DNA of 62,809 nt, the filler included, from Chrysochromulina tobinii (taxonomy: Eukaryota): the NCBI GenBank assembly GCA_001275005.1. It is 10 parts of 10 records of this genome, joined end to end, with 100 filler letters (N's around TTAATTAATTAA, not from the genome) between each part and the next. Parts side by side here need not be neighbours in the genome. Positions count along the whole stretch, not along the records: positions 47,787 to 56,820 come from JWZX01000366.1; positions 56,921 to 58,504 come from JWZX01000367.1; positions 58,605 to 60,622 come from JWZX01000371.1; positions 60,723 to 62,809 come from JWZX01000394.1; 6 more parts are not named here. One strand, written 5' to 3'. The position numbers and the translations under genes were made by a program. Of this stretch, positions 52,679 to 62,809 are shown in pieces (the first letter of the stretch is position 1; each line of letters begins with the position of its first letter). A model generated the notes under the pieces. The model saw only the letters and a program-made list of their open reading frames with translations, did not search any database and was not told the origin of the DNA.

Positions 52679-55600
52679 ATGGGCATCAAAGAAGAGCTAC
52701 AGGAGGCCGGCATCGCTCTGCTCAACGAGGATGAGAAGAAGGAAATCGTCGCGCTATTCAACGCCAAGCTTGCAGCGATGGGAGGTGGTGGGAAGACGGT
52801 TGTCGCCGCCTTCAAGGACTTCGACGACGAGTAAGCGCGCACAGGACCCCAACGCTGGCGCCGCCTGCCAATGATCGCACCCTATCGTTGCACCCCATCA
52901 TTGCTCCCTCACCAGTCCTCACGCGGGCGCGTCGGATCTCACCCTTGGGTGCGCGCAGTGCCTCTGGTATGCTCACCTTTGAAGAGCTCGCGATCGGGCT
53001 CCGCAAGAAGTTCAAGATCAAGCCGGCGGAGCTCTCGGATGACAAGCTCAAGGCGGTGTGGGTCTGCATCGACACGGATGAGTCGGGGTACATCGAGATG
53101 TCCGAGTTCCATGCCTTCATGGGAACAGAGGAGGATGAGGAGCTCACGCCGGAGAAGCGTGCCGAGCTCCTCAAGAAGAAGAAGAAGGGAGTTATCAAGA
53201 ATGAGTTGGCCGAAAAGGAGGCGCGCCTCGAGGGCTTCAAGTCCGACAAGACCACGAAGGAGATGCGCGCCGACCTGGCGGCCGCTGGCATTGCGGAAGC
53301 TGACGAGGAGGAGCTCAAGAACATATCTGTGCAGTTTGCCAAGTGGGTCAAGCTGTATAAACCTGGTTCCCACCAAGGCATCGCGTGGCTGGAAGTCTTC
53401 AAGGAGATCGACGATGACCACTCGGGGCTTATCACCTTTGATGAGCTGCGCATGGTCATTCGGCGCTTGTTCAAGGTTAAGGCGGCGGAGTTTTCGGACA
53501 ACAAGATCAAGGTGCTGTGGTGCGCGCTGGACAGAGACGATTCGGACTCGATTGTGCAAGTCGAGTTTGCACGCTTCGCAAAGATTGCCAATACGGCGGA
53601 AGGGGGGTTGGGTATGGGTGAAGTCAAGCTAAGGAAGCGATTCTCGGTGCGAAACCGAATGCTTGGTAAGCGCGAAGGGGGGTTGGAGTATGAGGAGCAG
53701 AAGGCTGTGTCGGCCTTGCTCAACCAGAAGCTCGACGAGGTCATTCCCGAGGCAAGCCTAAAAGCTGATGGGTTCTTTATGCTGTTCAAGGAGTTTGACA
53801 ACGATTGCTCGGGCCTCATCACGTTCGACGAGCTCAAGCGTGGCATCCGCATGCAGCTCATGATCGATACGAGCCTGATGAGCGACATCATGCTGAGGCA
53901 GCTCTGGATCACCCTCGATGAGGACGACTCCGGATACGTGGAGGAAGCTGAGCTGATGCGCTTCATGGACCGTGAGGAGCCGACCAGTGCGATTGAGAAG
54001 CGCCAAGAGCTGATGCGCTTGAACGGCAAGGCACAGCGCGCGCTGTACGCAAAGAAGGTAGAGGCCGAGATCAAGTCGGCGAAGTTCGTCTCCTCCATCC
54101 CCACTGCGACTATGCGCGAGCTGGTCGCCAATGCAGGGTTGACGATCCCCGAGGGGGAGGAGCTCAAAAAGCTCGCCACCGATTTCGCCACGTGGACCAA
54201 GAACTACCTGCCCGACATCCACCAGGGGGTCGCGTGGCTCACAGTCCTCAACGAGATCTGCAAGGATGCGTCGGGCCTGCTCACGTACGACGAGGTGCGG
54301 TACGCGGTGCGCCGCACGTTCAAGGTGAAGAAGGCGGTCTGGTCGGAGGAGCTGATCATGGCCTTGTGGTGCGCGCTCGACAAGGAGGACAAAAACTGCA
54401 TCCAAAAGGTGGAATTCGGGCGCTTCGTCAAGCTGTCCCCACCTGTAGGTACCGCCACAAAGCAATTTACCTTCACTGACAAGCTGGTTGAGGCTCGCAA
54501 GGGCGGGCTGACCAAGGAAGAGGAGAAGGAGGTCTCGGAGCTGCTCAACCAGAAGGTGAAGGAGGTCATGGGCGGCGACGACTCAACCTGGTTCAACCTT
54601 TTCAAGGATCTTGATGTGGACTTGTCGGGCCTCCTTGAATTCGCTGAGATCAAGGAGGGCATCCGCAGCAAGCTGAACGTCAGCGAGTCCGAGCTGTCCG
54701 AGAAGAAGCTCAAGGCACTTTGGATCACGCTCGATGAGGACAACTCGGGGACTGTCGAGTCCGCCGAGTTCCACCGCTTCTTGAAACGCGAAGAGCCTAA
54801 AGACGCCATCGAGAGGCGCCAGGAGAGGATGCGTGCGAGCGGCAAGCGCAAGCGCGCGGCGTTGGCTGCGCAACAGGGAGATCACCTAAAGGACGAGGGC
54901 CTAGTCTCCAGCATCAAGACCCGAGAGATGAGGGCTATGCTCAAGAAGGAGGGCCTCAAGGATCTCACCGATGACGAGGTCCGTGACCTGTCCATCCAAT
55001 ATGCCAAGTGGTGCAAGGAGTACCTTCCCGACGCGCACCAGGGGGTCGCATGGCTGACCATTTTCAAGCAGGTCGCCAACGACATTACCGGCATTCTCAC
55101 GTACGACGAGATCCGCCTCGTGATCCGACGCAAGTTCAAGGTGCCCAACTCGCAATTCTCGGAGGAGAAAATCATGCAGCTGTGGGCCACGCTCGACTAT
55201 GACAACGCCGACGCCATCATGAACGCCGACTTTGCCCGCTTCATGAAGGTCGGCGAGGGCAAGATCCCGCGCTATCGCACGGCGGTAGCGGACGACAACT
55301 TGTCGCGACTCGCAAGCGGGGGTAAATCGGCCCTCACGGCGCGGCCGACTAAGCCCAAGGACACGCGCTCCGCCGTCGCTCTCGCGCACGCGTACGGTGA
55401 CGACTTGCGGGCTTTGCTGTCTCCGCGCAAGCCCTCAGTCCGCACGCCAGTCATCAAGCTGGGCACCTCGGCCGGCGACTTCAATGTGCCGGGCCCAGGC
55501 TCCTACAACTTGAACTTTAACCACAAGGAGCGCATCAGGGCGTGGACGATGGGTGATCGGAAGGCGCGAAAGTCCTCAGTAGAGACAGTGGGCGACTCAC

Positions 55601-56292
55601 CGGGCCCGAGCTACATGCTGCAAGGTTCCGTGTGCGAGCAAGTGGGAGCGGGCAAGCGGTCCGCACCCCACTATGGCTTTGGCACGGGGCCGCGGCTGGT
55701 TGCGGATGAGTACACGGCCTCGCCTGGGCCGGGCGCATATTCGCCTCGCCTGACAAGGAAGGCCGCGCCGAGCGCCTTCCAGACCGTCGCGGTCGGCCAG
55801 CTCACTGAGACGACGACGCCGCAACTGAGCACGCAAAGGGTCCAGGGAACCTGGTCCCGCGACAATGAGACGAAGCTCAGCATCGGCTCCACCGACGGAC
55901 CCGGATGTGAGACCTACTCGCCCCGCATCAACTACACGCGCTCGAATATGCCGCAGTACACCATGCGCCCGCTGGGCACCCGCCAGTTTGTCGATCCTGG
56001 CGGCGAGGTCTCTCCGGGGCCTGGCGCCCTTGCGCCCAAGTTTGGCAGGGACGGCAAAGGCTTGCTTGGCGATTCGCCCAAATGGTCACTGGGACAGAAG
56101 AACGATAAGGCGAATTCCCATCGCTACGCAGGGAAGCAGTTCGATCGCTACTTCCAAGGGAGGGAGGGGCCCCCGCCCGATACGTACACGCCTCTTGAGC
56201 AGTTTGGCGTCACGAGCAACACGATATCGAACTCCTCGAGGCACGCGCCGCAGTTCAAGTTCGGCACGGAAGTTCGTCCGTGCGCAGCGTAA
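52679..56292 (+). CDS. Multi-EF-hand protein with C-terminal SHIPPO/STPGR (PGPG) repeats; intron 52831-52958
   Basis: About 12 EF loops in three repeated modules (DDDASGMLTFEEL, DTDESGYIEMSEF, DNDCSGLITFDEL...). Tail has VPGPGSY, SPGPSY, SPGPGAY, GPGCETY and SPGPG, with interspersed FG motifs. Canonical gtaagc...gcag intron. Confidence 0.85.
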
Positions 56293-56357
56293 TGAGGATG
56301 CCTGGCTCGAGCATATGGCAAAGGGATGTGCGGTGTCTATGCTGATCCTGCATCTCT

Positions 56358-56426
56358 GGCGTGTGTGTGTGTGTGTGTGAACGTTAACACGACAGACGCG
56401 ACAGCCGGTGTGTGTGTGTGTGTGTG
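56358..56426. repeat. Two (GT)n microsatellites
   Basis: gtgtgt tracts at about 56361-56379 and 56408-56426. Confidence 0.9.
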
Positions 56427-57462
56427 GCCCAGCCGGCGGGACCTGATGTGAACCTCAGGTGTCTAAGCACCCTGACCCTCGGTCCTGTGCATTGTCTACT
56501 TCAGGACGTGTTAACTTTGTAAGGGACCGCAAGAGGCGGTCCGCCTTGTCCGTGTCGCATTCATGGTCTCATGCGCGACTAGTAATGTATTCAAAGAACG
56601 CACTATAGACGTTCAAATCGTAATCGACGACCACGGCGAACACGGCTCACGGGTCGACGGTCGCAAAGGGGGCCAGACCCGTTCCCTCGCCTCCCGCCGA
56701 TTAACGGTCTGTGTATACATGTAGCAGGCTGTGCAGAGATGGCCCACTCTGACGTGAGCCAAGCCGCCTGGCTCAGGTGGTTCGACACCTCGGCACGTGT
56801 AACTACCTAAAATCACCTTANNNNNNNNNNNNNNNNNNNNNNNNNNNNNNNNNNNNNNNNNNNNTTAATTAATTAANNNNNNNNNNNNNNNNNNNNNNNN
56901 NNNNNNNNNNNNNNNNNNNNCTCTGATGAGAGCGGAGTGGTGCTGGGGCCCGAGTGCTCGCGCCTTCGTCCTCGCTTTTGCCCTCGGCCATCTGCGCATG
57001 GCCGAGGCGCTCCCCCCGGTCGCGAAAACGAGTCCCTCACGCGCTTCTGCTGGGCTTCCGCGTGTGGTCAATTTTATGGGGGGGGACAGGGCGAGCCCGC
57101 GCTCCACCATGCTCGACGCGGTCGACGCGTACGTGACCCTGGGCGACAAGGTGCCCTCGAATCGGCTCTGTGTACTGGCCCCACTCGATCGGCATCGTTC
57201 GTTCGCGCGCGTTCTTTCTCTTCAAGTACTCGAGAAGGTGGCGTCAAGCGGGGGGCTTCCCATTTCCGCCGGCCCTTTTCTCTTCCGTCGGGCATCGGCA
57301 GTCTCGCCTATTTTAATCGTGCCCGCGACGTTCGGGGCATTCTCCGGTGCTGTGCCCAGGCCCCTTTCTCCCCGAGCGGAGTCGGCCCCTCGCTCGACTG
57401 ACTGCGCGCACAACGAGCCGCAAGGCAGCCCGACGGCACTGCCGGTCATCCGTCTTTTGGCC

Positions 57463-58504
57463 ATGAACGCGATCACTGTGCTCGCGCCGCTTCCAGTGGG
57501 AATCAAGGTGCTCGCCATCGTTCTGAGCAACCTCTACACCGTCGACGCGGTCTGCCCGCACTGCAAGGACACCATCTTGCCGGCCAACCATCAGCCGGCA
57601 GCGTGCCCGCTGATCGTCGAGCTCACCAAGAACGCGGAGATCTTCGCGTCGAAGAAGTTGGGGTCGTCGCCGACGGTCGCGCACTCCATGACGCACGAGC
57701 TGGCAATGCAGTTCACCCGGCCCGTCGTGGACGCCATCGTCGGCCTCGCCTGTGCACCTGTCCAGGGTGTCCAGATCGACTTCACCGACGCGACGTATAC
57801 GTCGGCCAGTGCCGTCGTCAAGGCGGCCGTCTACGGCCACTGCTCGTTTGCAGAGGCCTCGGCGATCCTGGCGGAACGCCTCGATGCCGCGGCCGGCATC
57901 GAGGCCATCGAGAAGATCCGCGGCGCCATGGAGTCGCTCAAGTCGGCCGGCGAGACGGCCGTGCACTCCGCCACGGGTACGTTCCTCTTTGTGTGGGCCA
58001 AGGTCTCCAACGTCATCTCCAAGCGCGCGGACTTCACGTACAAGCTCGAGGCGGCAGCCAAGTCCAAGTCGGCGGTGCACTCGGTGACACTTGTGCGCCC
58101 TGAGACCGAGGCCGAGTTCTACGAGATGACGCACCTCTTCATCATGACCGTCATCGCATTGGGCCTGGCTTCAGCGACGATCGTCATCAAGTTCATCGAC
58201 GATATCGTGTTCGGCACCATCCGCATGAAGGAGTCCTTCCAGGTGGCCCACGAGCTCGTGATCTGCTACTTTCGCGAGATGGACTTCGACCCCGCGCGCG
58301 TCTTGCACATGGGCAATGTTTTTCGTCGAGGTGGTCAAGATACGTTGCTCTCGGAGGCTCGACGGAATGCCGCAGCCTTTTTTCGTGCTGGCGGGGGGAA
58401 CCTGCAGCCGAAAGGCAACAACGACGAGAAGCTCGGCAATGTCAAGACCATCAAGAACACCAAGCCCAACGGCAAGTCCGACGAGTCCAGCAAGAAGCCT
58501 TGCC
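57463..58504 (+). CDS. Probable gag-like ORF1 of a YR retrotransposon, truncated at the linker
   Basis: Intronless. N-terminal CPHC..H..CP knuckle, helical body and Gly/Lys-rich tail ending KKPC, consistent with the start of a zinc finger. The assignment is inferred from this layout. Confidence 0.5.
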
Positions 58505-58604
58505 NNNNNNNNNNNNNNNNNNNNNNNNNNNNNNNNNNNNNNNNNNNNTTAATTAATTAANNNNNNNNNNNNNNNNNNNNNNNNNNNNNNNNNNNNNNNN
58601 NNNN

Positions 58605-59405
58605 CATGATTGCACTCAGAGGCCACCGATGTCCGCCAACACGGTCACCGATGCTGCATCGGATGTGCCTCGGCCACCAACGCCGCCGCCCTCGCAGCGA
58701 CGATCACCGCTGCCTCCATCCGCGCCTCCATCGCGCCACGAAATTATCTGAGGCACTCGGATGCAATCAGCATGCATCCGTCACAATCAGCATGTGTGTG
58801 TGCTTGCACACTCAGAGGCCGCCGAAGCCGAGCACGCCGCCCTCGCCGCCGCCCTCGCTGCCGCCCTTGCCGCCGCCCTCGCCGCCGCCCTTGCCGCCGT
58901 CCTCGCCGCCTCCGAGCCCACCGCTGCCAAGCTCAACGCCCTCGTCGCCTCCCTCGCCGCCTTCTAGCCCGCCGCAGCTGAGCTCGCCGCCCTGTAGCCG
59001 CCCTCCGCCTGCCCACCACAGTCAGCATGATTGCACTCAGAGGCCACCGCGATGTCCGCCAACACGGTCACCGATGCTGCATCGACTGTGTCTCGGCCAC
59101 CAACGCCGCCGCCCTCGCATCGACGATCACCGCCGCCTCCATCCGCGCCGCCGCCTCCATCGCCGCCTCCATTGCGCAACGAAGTCATCAGAGGCACTCG
59201 GATGCAATCAGCATGCATCCGTCGCAATCAGCATGTGTGCTTGCACTCTCAGAGGCCGCCGTAGCCGAGCACGCCACCCTCGCCGCCGCCCTGTTGCCGC
59301 CTAGTTGCCGCCTCCGAGCCCACCGCTGCCAAGCTCAACGCCCTCGTCGCCTCCCTCGACGCCTTCTAGCCCGCCGCAGCTGAGCTCGCCGCCCTGTAGC
59401 CGCCC
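58605..59405. repeat. Imperfect tandem duplication (~420-bp period) of Pro-rich coding-like DNA with gcaatcagcatg cassettes
   Basis: catgattgcactcagaggccacc at 58605 and 59026; both units end gctgagctcgccgccctgtagccgccctc. Confidence 0.8.
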
Positions 59406-60384
59406 TCGTCCATGTGCACTTGCATTGCGTCGTCGACGGTGCACTTGAGTCCAAGGTGGCGACGACCATGCTCATGCTTGGTCTTGTGAGGAAGTCGACC
59501 TCGCTCGACAACGCCGCGCGATGCACGTGCACATGAAGGACGCCGCGTCCTGCGCTCACTGCCCCACGCCATGATGTGACCGCTGCGTTGAGTGGCCTTG
59601 CTGCACAGAAGCATGAGCAAGGTTTTGGTGCGAGCTGAGCTTTGACGCAAACCGTCTGCATGCTCGACGACGCGACGGTGCACACATCGAGGACGCCACT
59701 TGGTGCGGCTACCGCTACACACTACCGCTATACACGCCTAGATGTGTGGTGTATAGCACGACGCACCGCTGCGTTGGGTGGCCTTGTTTTACAGGAGCAA
59801 AGTCTGTGCCGCCGTCGCGTGACTGTATACTGAAGAAGATAGGAAGGGTCCAAGAAAGGGGCCGAGAAAGGACATGCCGTCGCAAGTCCCTGATTAATAC
59901 CCTTCCTAATACCCTCATTAATACGCAGGTCCGAGATGCGTAAAAGGTGTCCTAAGAGGGGCAACGATGCTCGAGAGTTTCCCAAAACAGATCGACATAC
60001 ATGTAGCGCGCTGCGCCGCATCCCTTATTAGTCCCTTAATACTTCCCTTTTGGGCACTTTGATTCAAGCGAGTAACGAGACGTTGATCTTGGTCGATGTG
60101 ATTCAAATCGGTGTGTAGAGATCCGCAAAATTCCTTCCTTAAGGTGTTAGGTAACCCCTCCATACTACATGTACCCTCTAACCCTATAAGTCGAACAACA
60201 TCGGATTGAGTACGTGCCTCATCTTTTTTTGGCTTCATCTTTCGGCAGATTATGGCCTCAGCGGTCCCGATGATGTTGAGACTCTGTGGACGAACAGAGC
60301 TACCAGTTCAGGTTGACTACGTTGTAATAGTGCCATCGAGGTACTAAACTAATCTCGCGGTGTTACATAAAACAACCGACCCCC

Positions 60385-60615
60385 TCAGATACGATACACC
60401 TAGGACACACAACTGTCAAGATAGGACACACGTATAGCTTCTAAGTCTTATATTCATAAATTGACAGCTGCTAGCTAGTATGTGACCAAATTCCAGAGCG
60501 GCCGCGTTGCTTACTCGATAAAAAAGGAAAACCATTCAGATACGATACACCTAGGACACACAACTGTCAAGATAGGACACACGTATAGCTTCTAAGTCTT
60601 ATATTCATAAATTGA
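60385..60615. repeat. Perfect 80-bp direct repeat (60385-60464 and 60536-60615)
   Basis: tcagatacgatacacctaggacac...ttcataaattga occurs twice in AT-rich DNA. Confidence 0.95.
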
Positions 60616-60722
60616 GTATTCGNNNNNNNNNNNNNNNNNNNNNNNNNNNNNNNNNNNNNNNNNNNNTTAATTAATTAANNNNNNNNNNNNNNNNNNNNNN
60701 NNNNNNNNNNNNNNNNNNNNNN

Positions 60723-62809
60723 ACTCCGCAAGCACGGACGTGAACGTGATCGGCATCGTCGCGCTGCCCGTCGCCATGAGCATGCCGCCCTTCAAGACCA
60801 CGAGCGCTGGAGCGGCGACGCCGGTGGGCATGGGCAGCGCAAAGATGGTGGTGCCAGCGGGGATCGTGAGGGTGACACCCGATTGCACAAAGACCTGGGA
60901 GGCGTGAATGTACGAGGTGCTCGCGGCGAGGACCGTGTTGGATGCGATCGTGCTCGGCACCAAGGAGATATTTGAAGACAGCGTCGCGAACGGCGAGGCC
61001 GGAAGGGCGGTGCACGTGCGGCCGGCCATCTTGCCGCTGCACGCGAGCCACGAGTAGCCGGCGAGCCAGTTGTCCGTCGAGGAGCCGAACGCGCCCTTGC
61101 AGGTCACCGCCGAGAAGAAGGCGTCGCCGTTGGGGGGCGCGTCCTTGGTGCCCGTGCACGCCGCGCCGGTGGCGGACGGCAGAGGGTTGAAGGTGGCGGA
61201 GCCCTCCGCGAGGTCAGTGGTGGCGACGCGAATGAAGCCGGGGGGACCAAGCACCGCCGTCCACGTGTCCGCGGGCGTGCAGGCGGAGGTGGTGCCGGTG
61301 TGCAGAGCGAACTGCGACGCATCCGTCGCTGTGTCGATGATGTTGTTGGCCGAGAAGTAAAAGTAGCCGGGGTTCGAAATGCTGACCGAAGCCGCCGGCA
61401 GCGTCTGCGTGTAGCTCAGCGTCGAGCCGCAGTCCTCGAAGAGGAGGCCGTTCAAGTTCGGGAAAGCGAGGATGCCGTTGCCGAACTTGCCACCCGTGCC
61501 GTCGTTGACGTGGATCAGCTCGCCCGTGCGTGCGCCAGTGCCGGTGCCTCCGCCGATCAAGGTGAACGAGTAGAAGGCCGGGTGCGAGCGCGGGGTCGCG
61601 TCCTGATTCGAGCCGACGCCCGAGTCAATCTCCATCGCGTGGTCGCCACTCAGGCCCTCCATGACGAACAGGAACTGGCCCTTGCCAATGTAGCCCTGGT
61701 CCGTGTCGAAGGCGTCGTCCGCCACGAAGAGCACCGACAGGTACTTGACGTTCACCGTGCCGCCGAAGAACTCGAAGCCGTCGTCGAGGTTGAAGGCCAC
61801 CTCGCAGTGGTCGACGATGGTGCCGGAGCCGACGCCGCCGAAGGTGATGCCGTTGATCTCGTTGTCCGCGCCCACGACCGCGCCGCCGTGCCACACGCGC
61901 ACGTACTGCAGGGAGCCCGACGACTCGGTCGGGTTGGTGCCACCATACGTTTTCGCGGTGATGCCCTCGATGATCGCGGTGGTCGGCACGTTGGTCGGCG
62001 CGTTGCCGAGCAGGATGAGCCCACCCCACTTGCCTTTCGTCTCGAGCACGGTAAGCGCGCCGGTAGACGCGTCCGTCACCACCGACGACGACGACGACAC
62101 GGTGGGGTTGAAGGCAGTGAAGGTGATCGGCGCAGCCGCAGAGCCCTCGGCGAGCAAAAAGCCGCCCTTCTCGATGATCAGGGCTGGCGCACCGCCGCCA
62201 CCGGCAGCCACCGGCGAGGCGTAAATGGTGACGCCCGCCTGAATGGCCAAGGTGACGCCCGACTGAACGAACGTCTGGCAAGTGAGCACGTAGAGCGCAC
62301 CTCTGTAGAGCCTCATGTTGGCGGTGAGGGCGCCGCAAAGAGCGACGGGGTCGTCCGGATCAGCCACCGCGGGGCACGTGAACGTCGAGCTGACAAAGCC
62401 CGGGCGGTTGGGCAGGTTGAAGAACGACCAGCCATCGAGCCAGTTGACGCTGCCGAACGCGCCCTTGTACGTGGTCGTGTCGAAAAAGGAGTCGCCGGTG
62501 GGCACCGGATCGACGTTCGAGAACGCGGCCGGGCCGCACGCACGTGGGTCGATCGGAGTCGTGCTGGTCTCGGTGAACGTGCCTCCTGAGATGAGCGGAT
62601 TCGTGTTGACAAACGCCGGCGCCGTGCCAGTGCATGGCGACAAAATTTGGAAGCCGACGGTGGGGCTCTGGATGATGTTGTTCGACGAGAAGAACAGGTA
62701 CGTGTCCAGCGACACCGTCGACGCCGGCAGCACCGACACAATGGACGGCGCGGCGCTGGATGCATTTGTGCAGGTGTCGATGCGGATGCCAGGGTGCGTC
62801 GCGACGTTG
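60723..62809 (-). CDS. Internal fragment of a large protein with tandem bacterial-lipoprotein-like beta-helix domains
   Basis: FVQSGVTL.I.AG, ALIIEKGG.L.AEG..PITFT, GKWGGLILLGNAP, SSGSLQYVRV, NEINGITFGGVGSGT, DDGFEFFGGTVN, DDAFDTDQGY, KGAFG..NWL.G.S. Parts of three repeats are visible and both ends are open. Confidence 0.8.

Noticed and set aside
56770..56795. GGTTCGA T-loop-like hairpin suggesting a tRNA
   Set aside because: No D arm, anticodon arm or acceptor stem could be built.
52812..62589. Long antisense ORFs (e.g. 52812-54200, 61300-62589)
   Set aside because: Expected shadows of high-GC3 coding strands, with no motifs.

Overview
This is GC-rich eukaryotic nuclear DNA, most likely a haptophyte alga of the Chrysochromulina type. 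That assignment is inferred from the bipartite plastid-targeting leaders on FtsZ and Rpl9 and from the intron style. The window holds ten contigs joined by nine artificial 100-nt N44-TTAATTAATTAA-N44 linkers, so adjacency across linkers is unproven. Contig 1 (1-18011) carries ftsZ, a NodZ-like fucosyltransferase, rpl9, a large coiled-coil gene, a CRAL-TRIO gene, a SAM methyltransferase and a SUI1-domain gene. Many of its introns share one build: a GT-starting duplicate of the neighbouring exon, then tandem 10-12-mers based on the branch-point motif (CTGAT/CTAAT/CTGAC), often ending in CCTCCCTCATCAG. This looks like an active intron-generating process, with back-to-back AG|GT introns and apparently failed events. 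Other contigs hold a P2X-EF-hand-C2 fusion, a tyrosine-recombinase retrotransposon whose pol carries DUF4326-like and degenerate C5-methyltransferase-like domains, and a Gypsy integrase remnant. They also hold two convergent paralogues starting inside a near-perfect 295-bp inverted repeat next to an HNH-like gene, a voltage-sensing phosphatase, an EF-hand/SHIPPO-repeat protein and a tandem bacterial-type beta-helix protein. All domain calls are by-eye motif recognition; no database searches were run.
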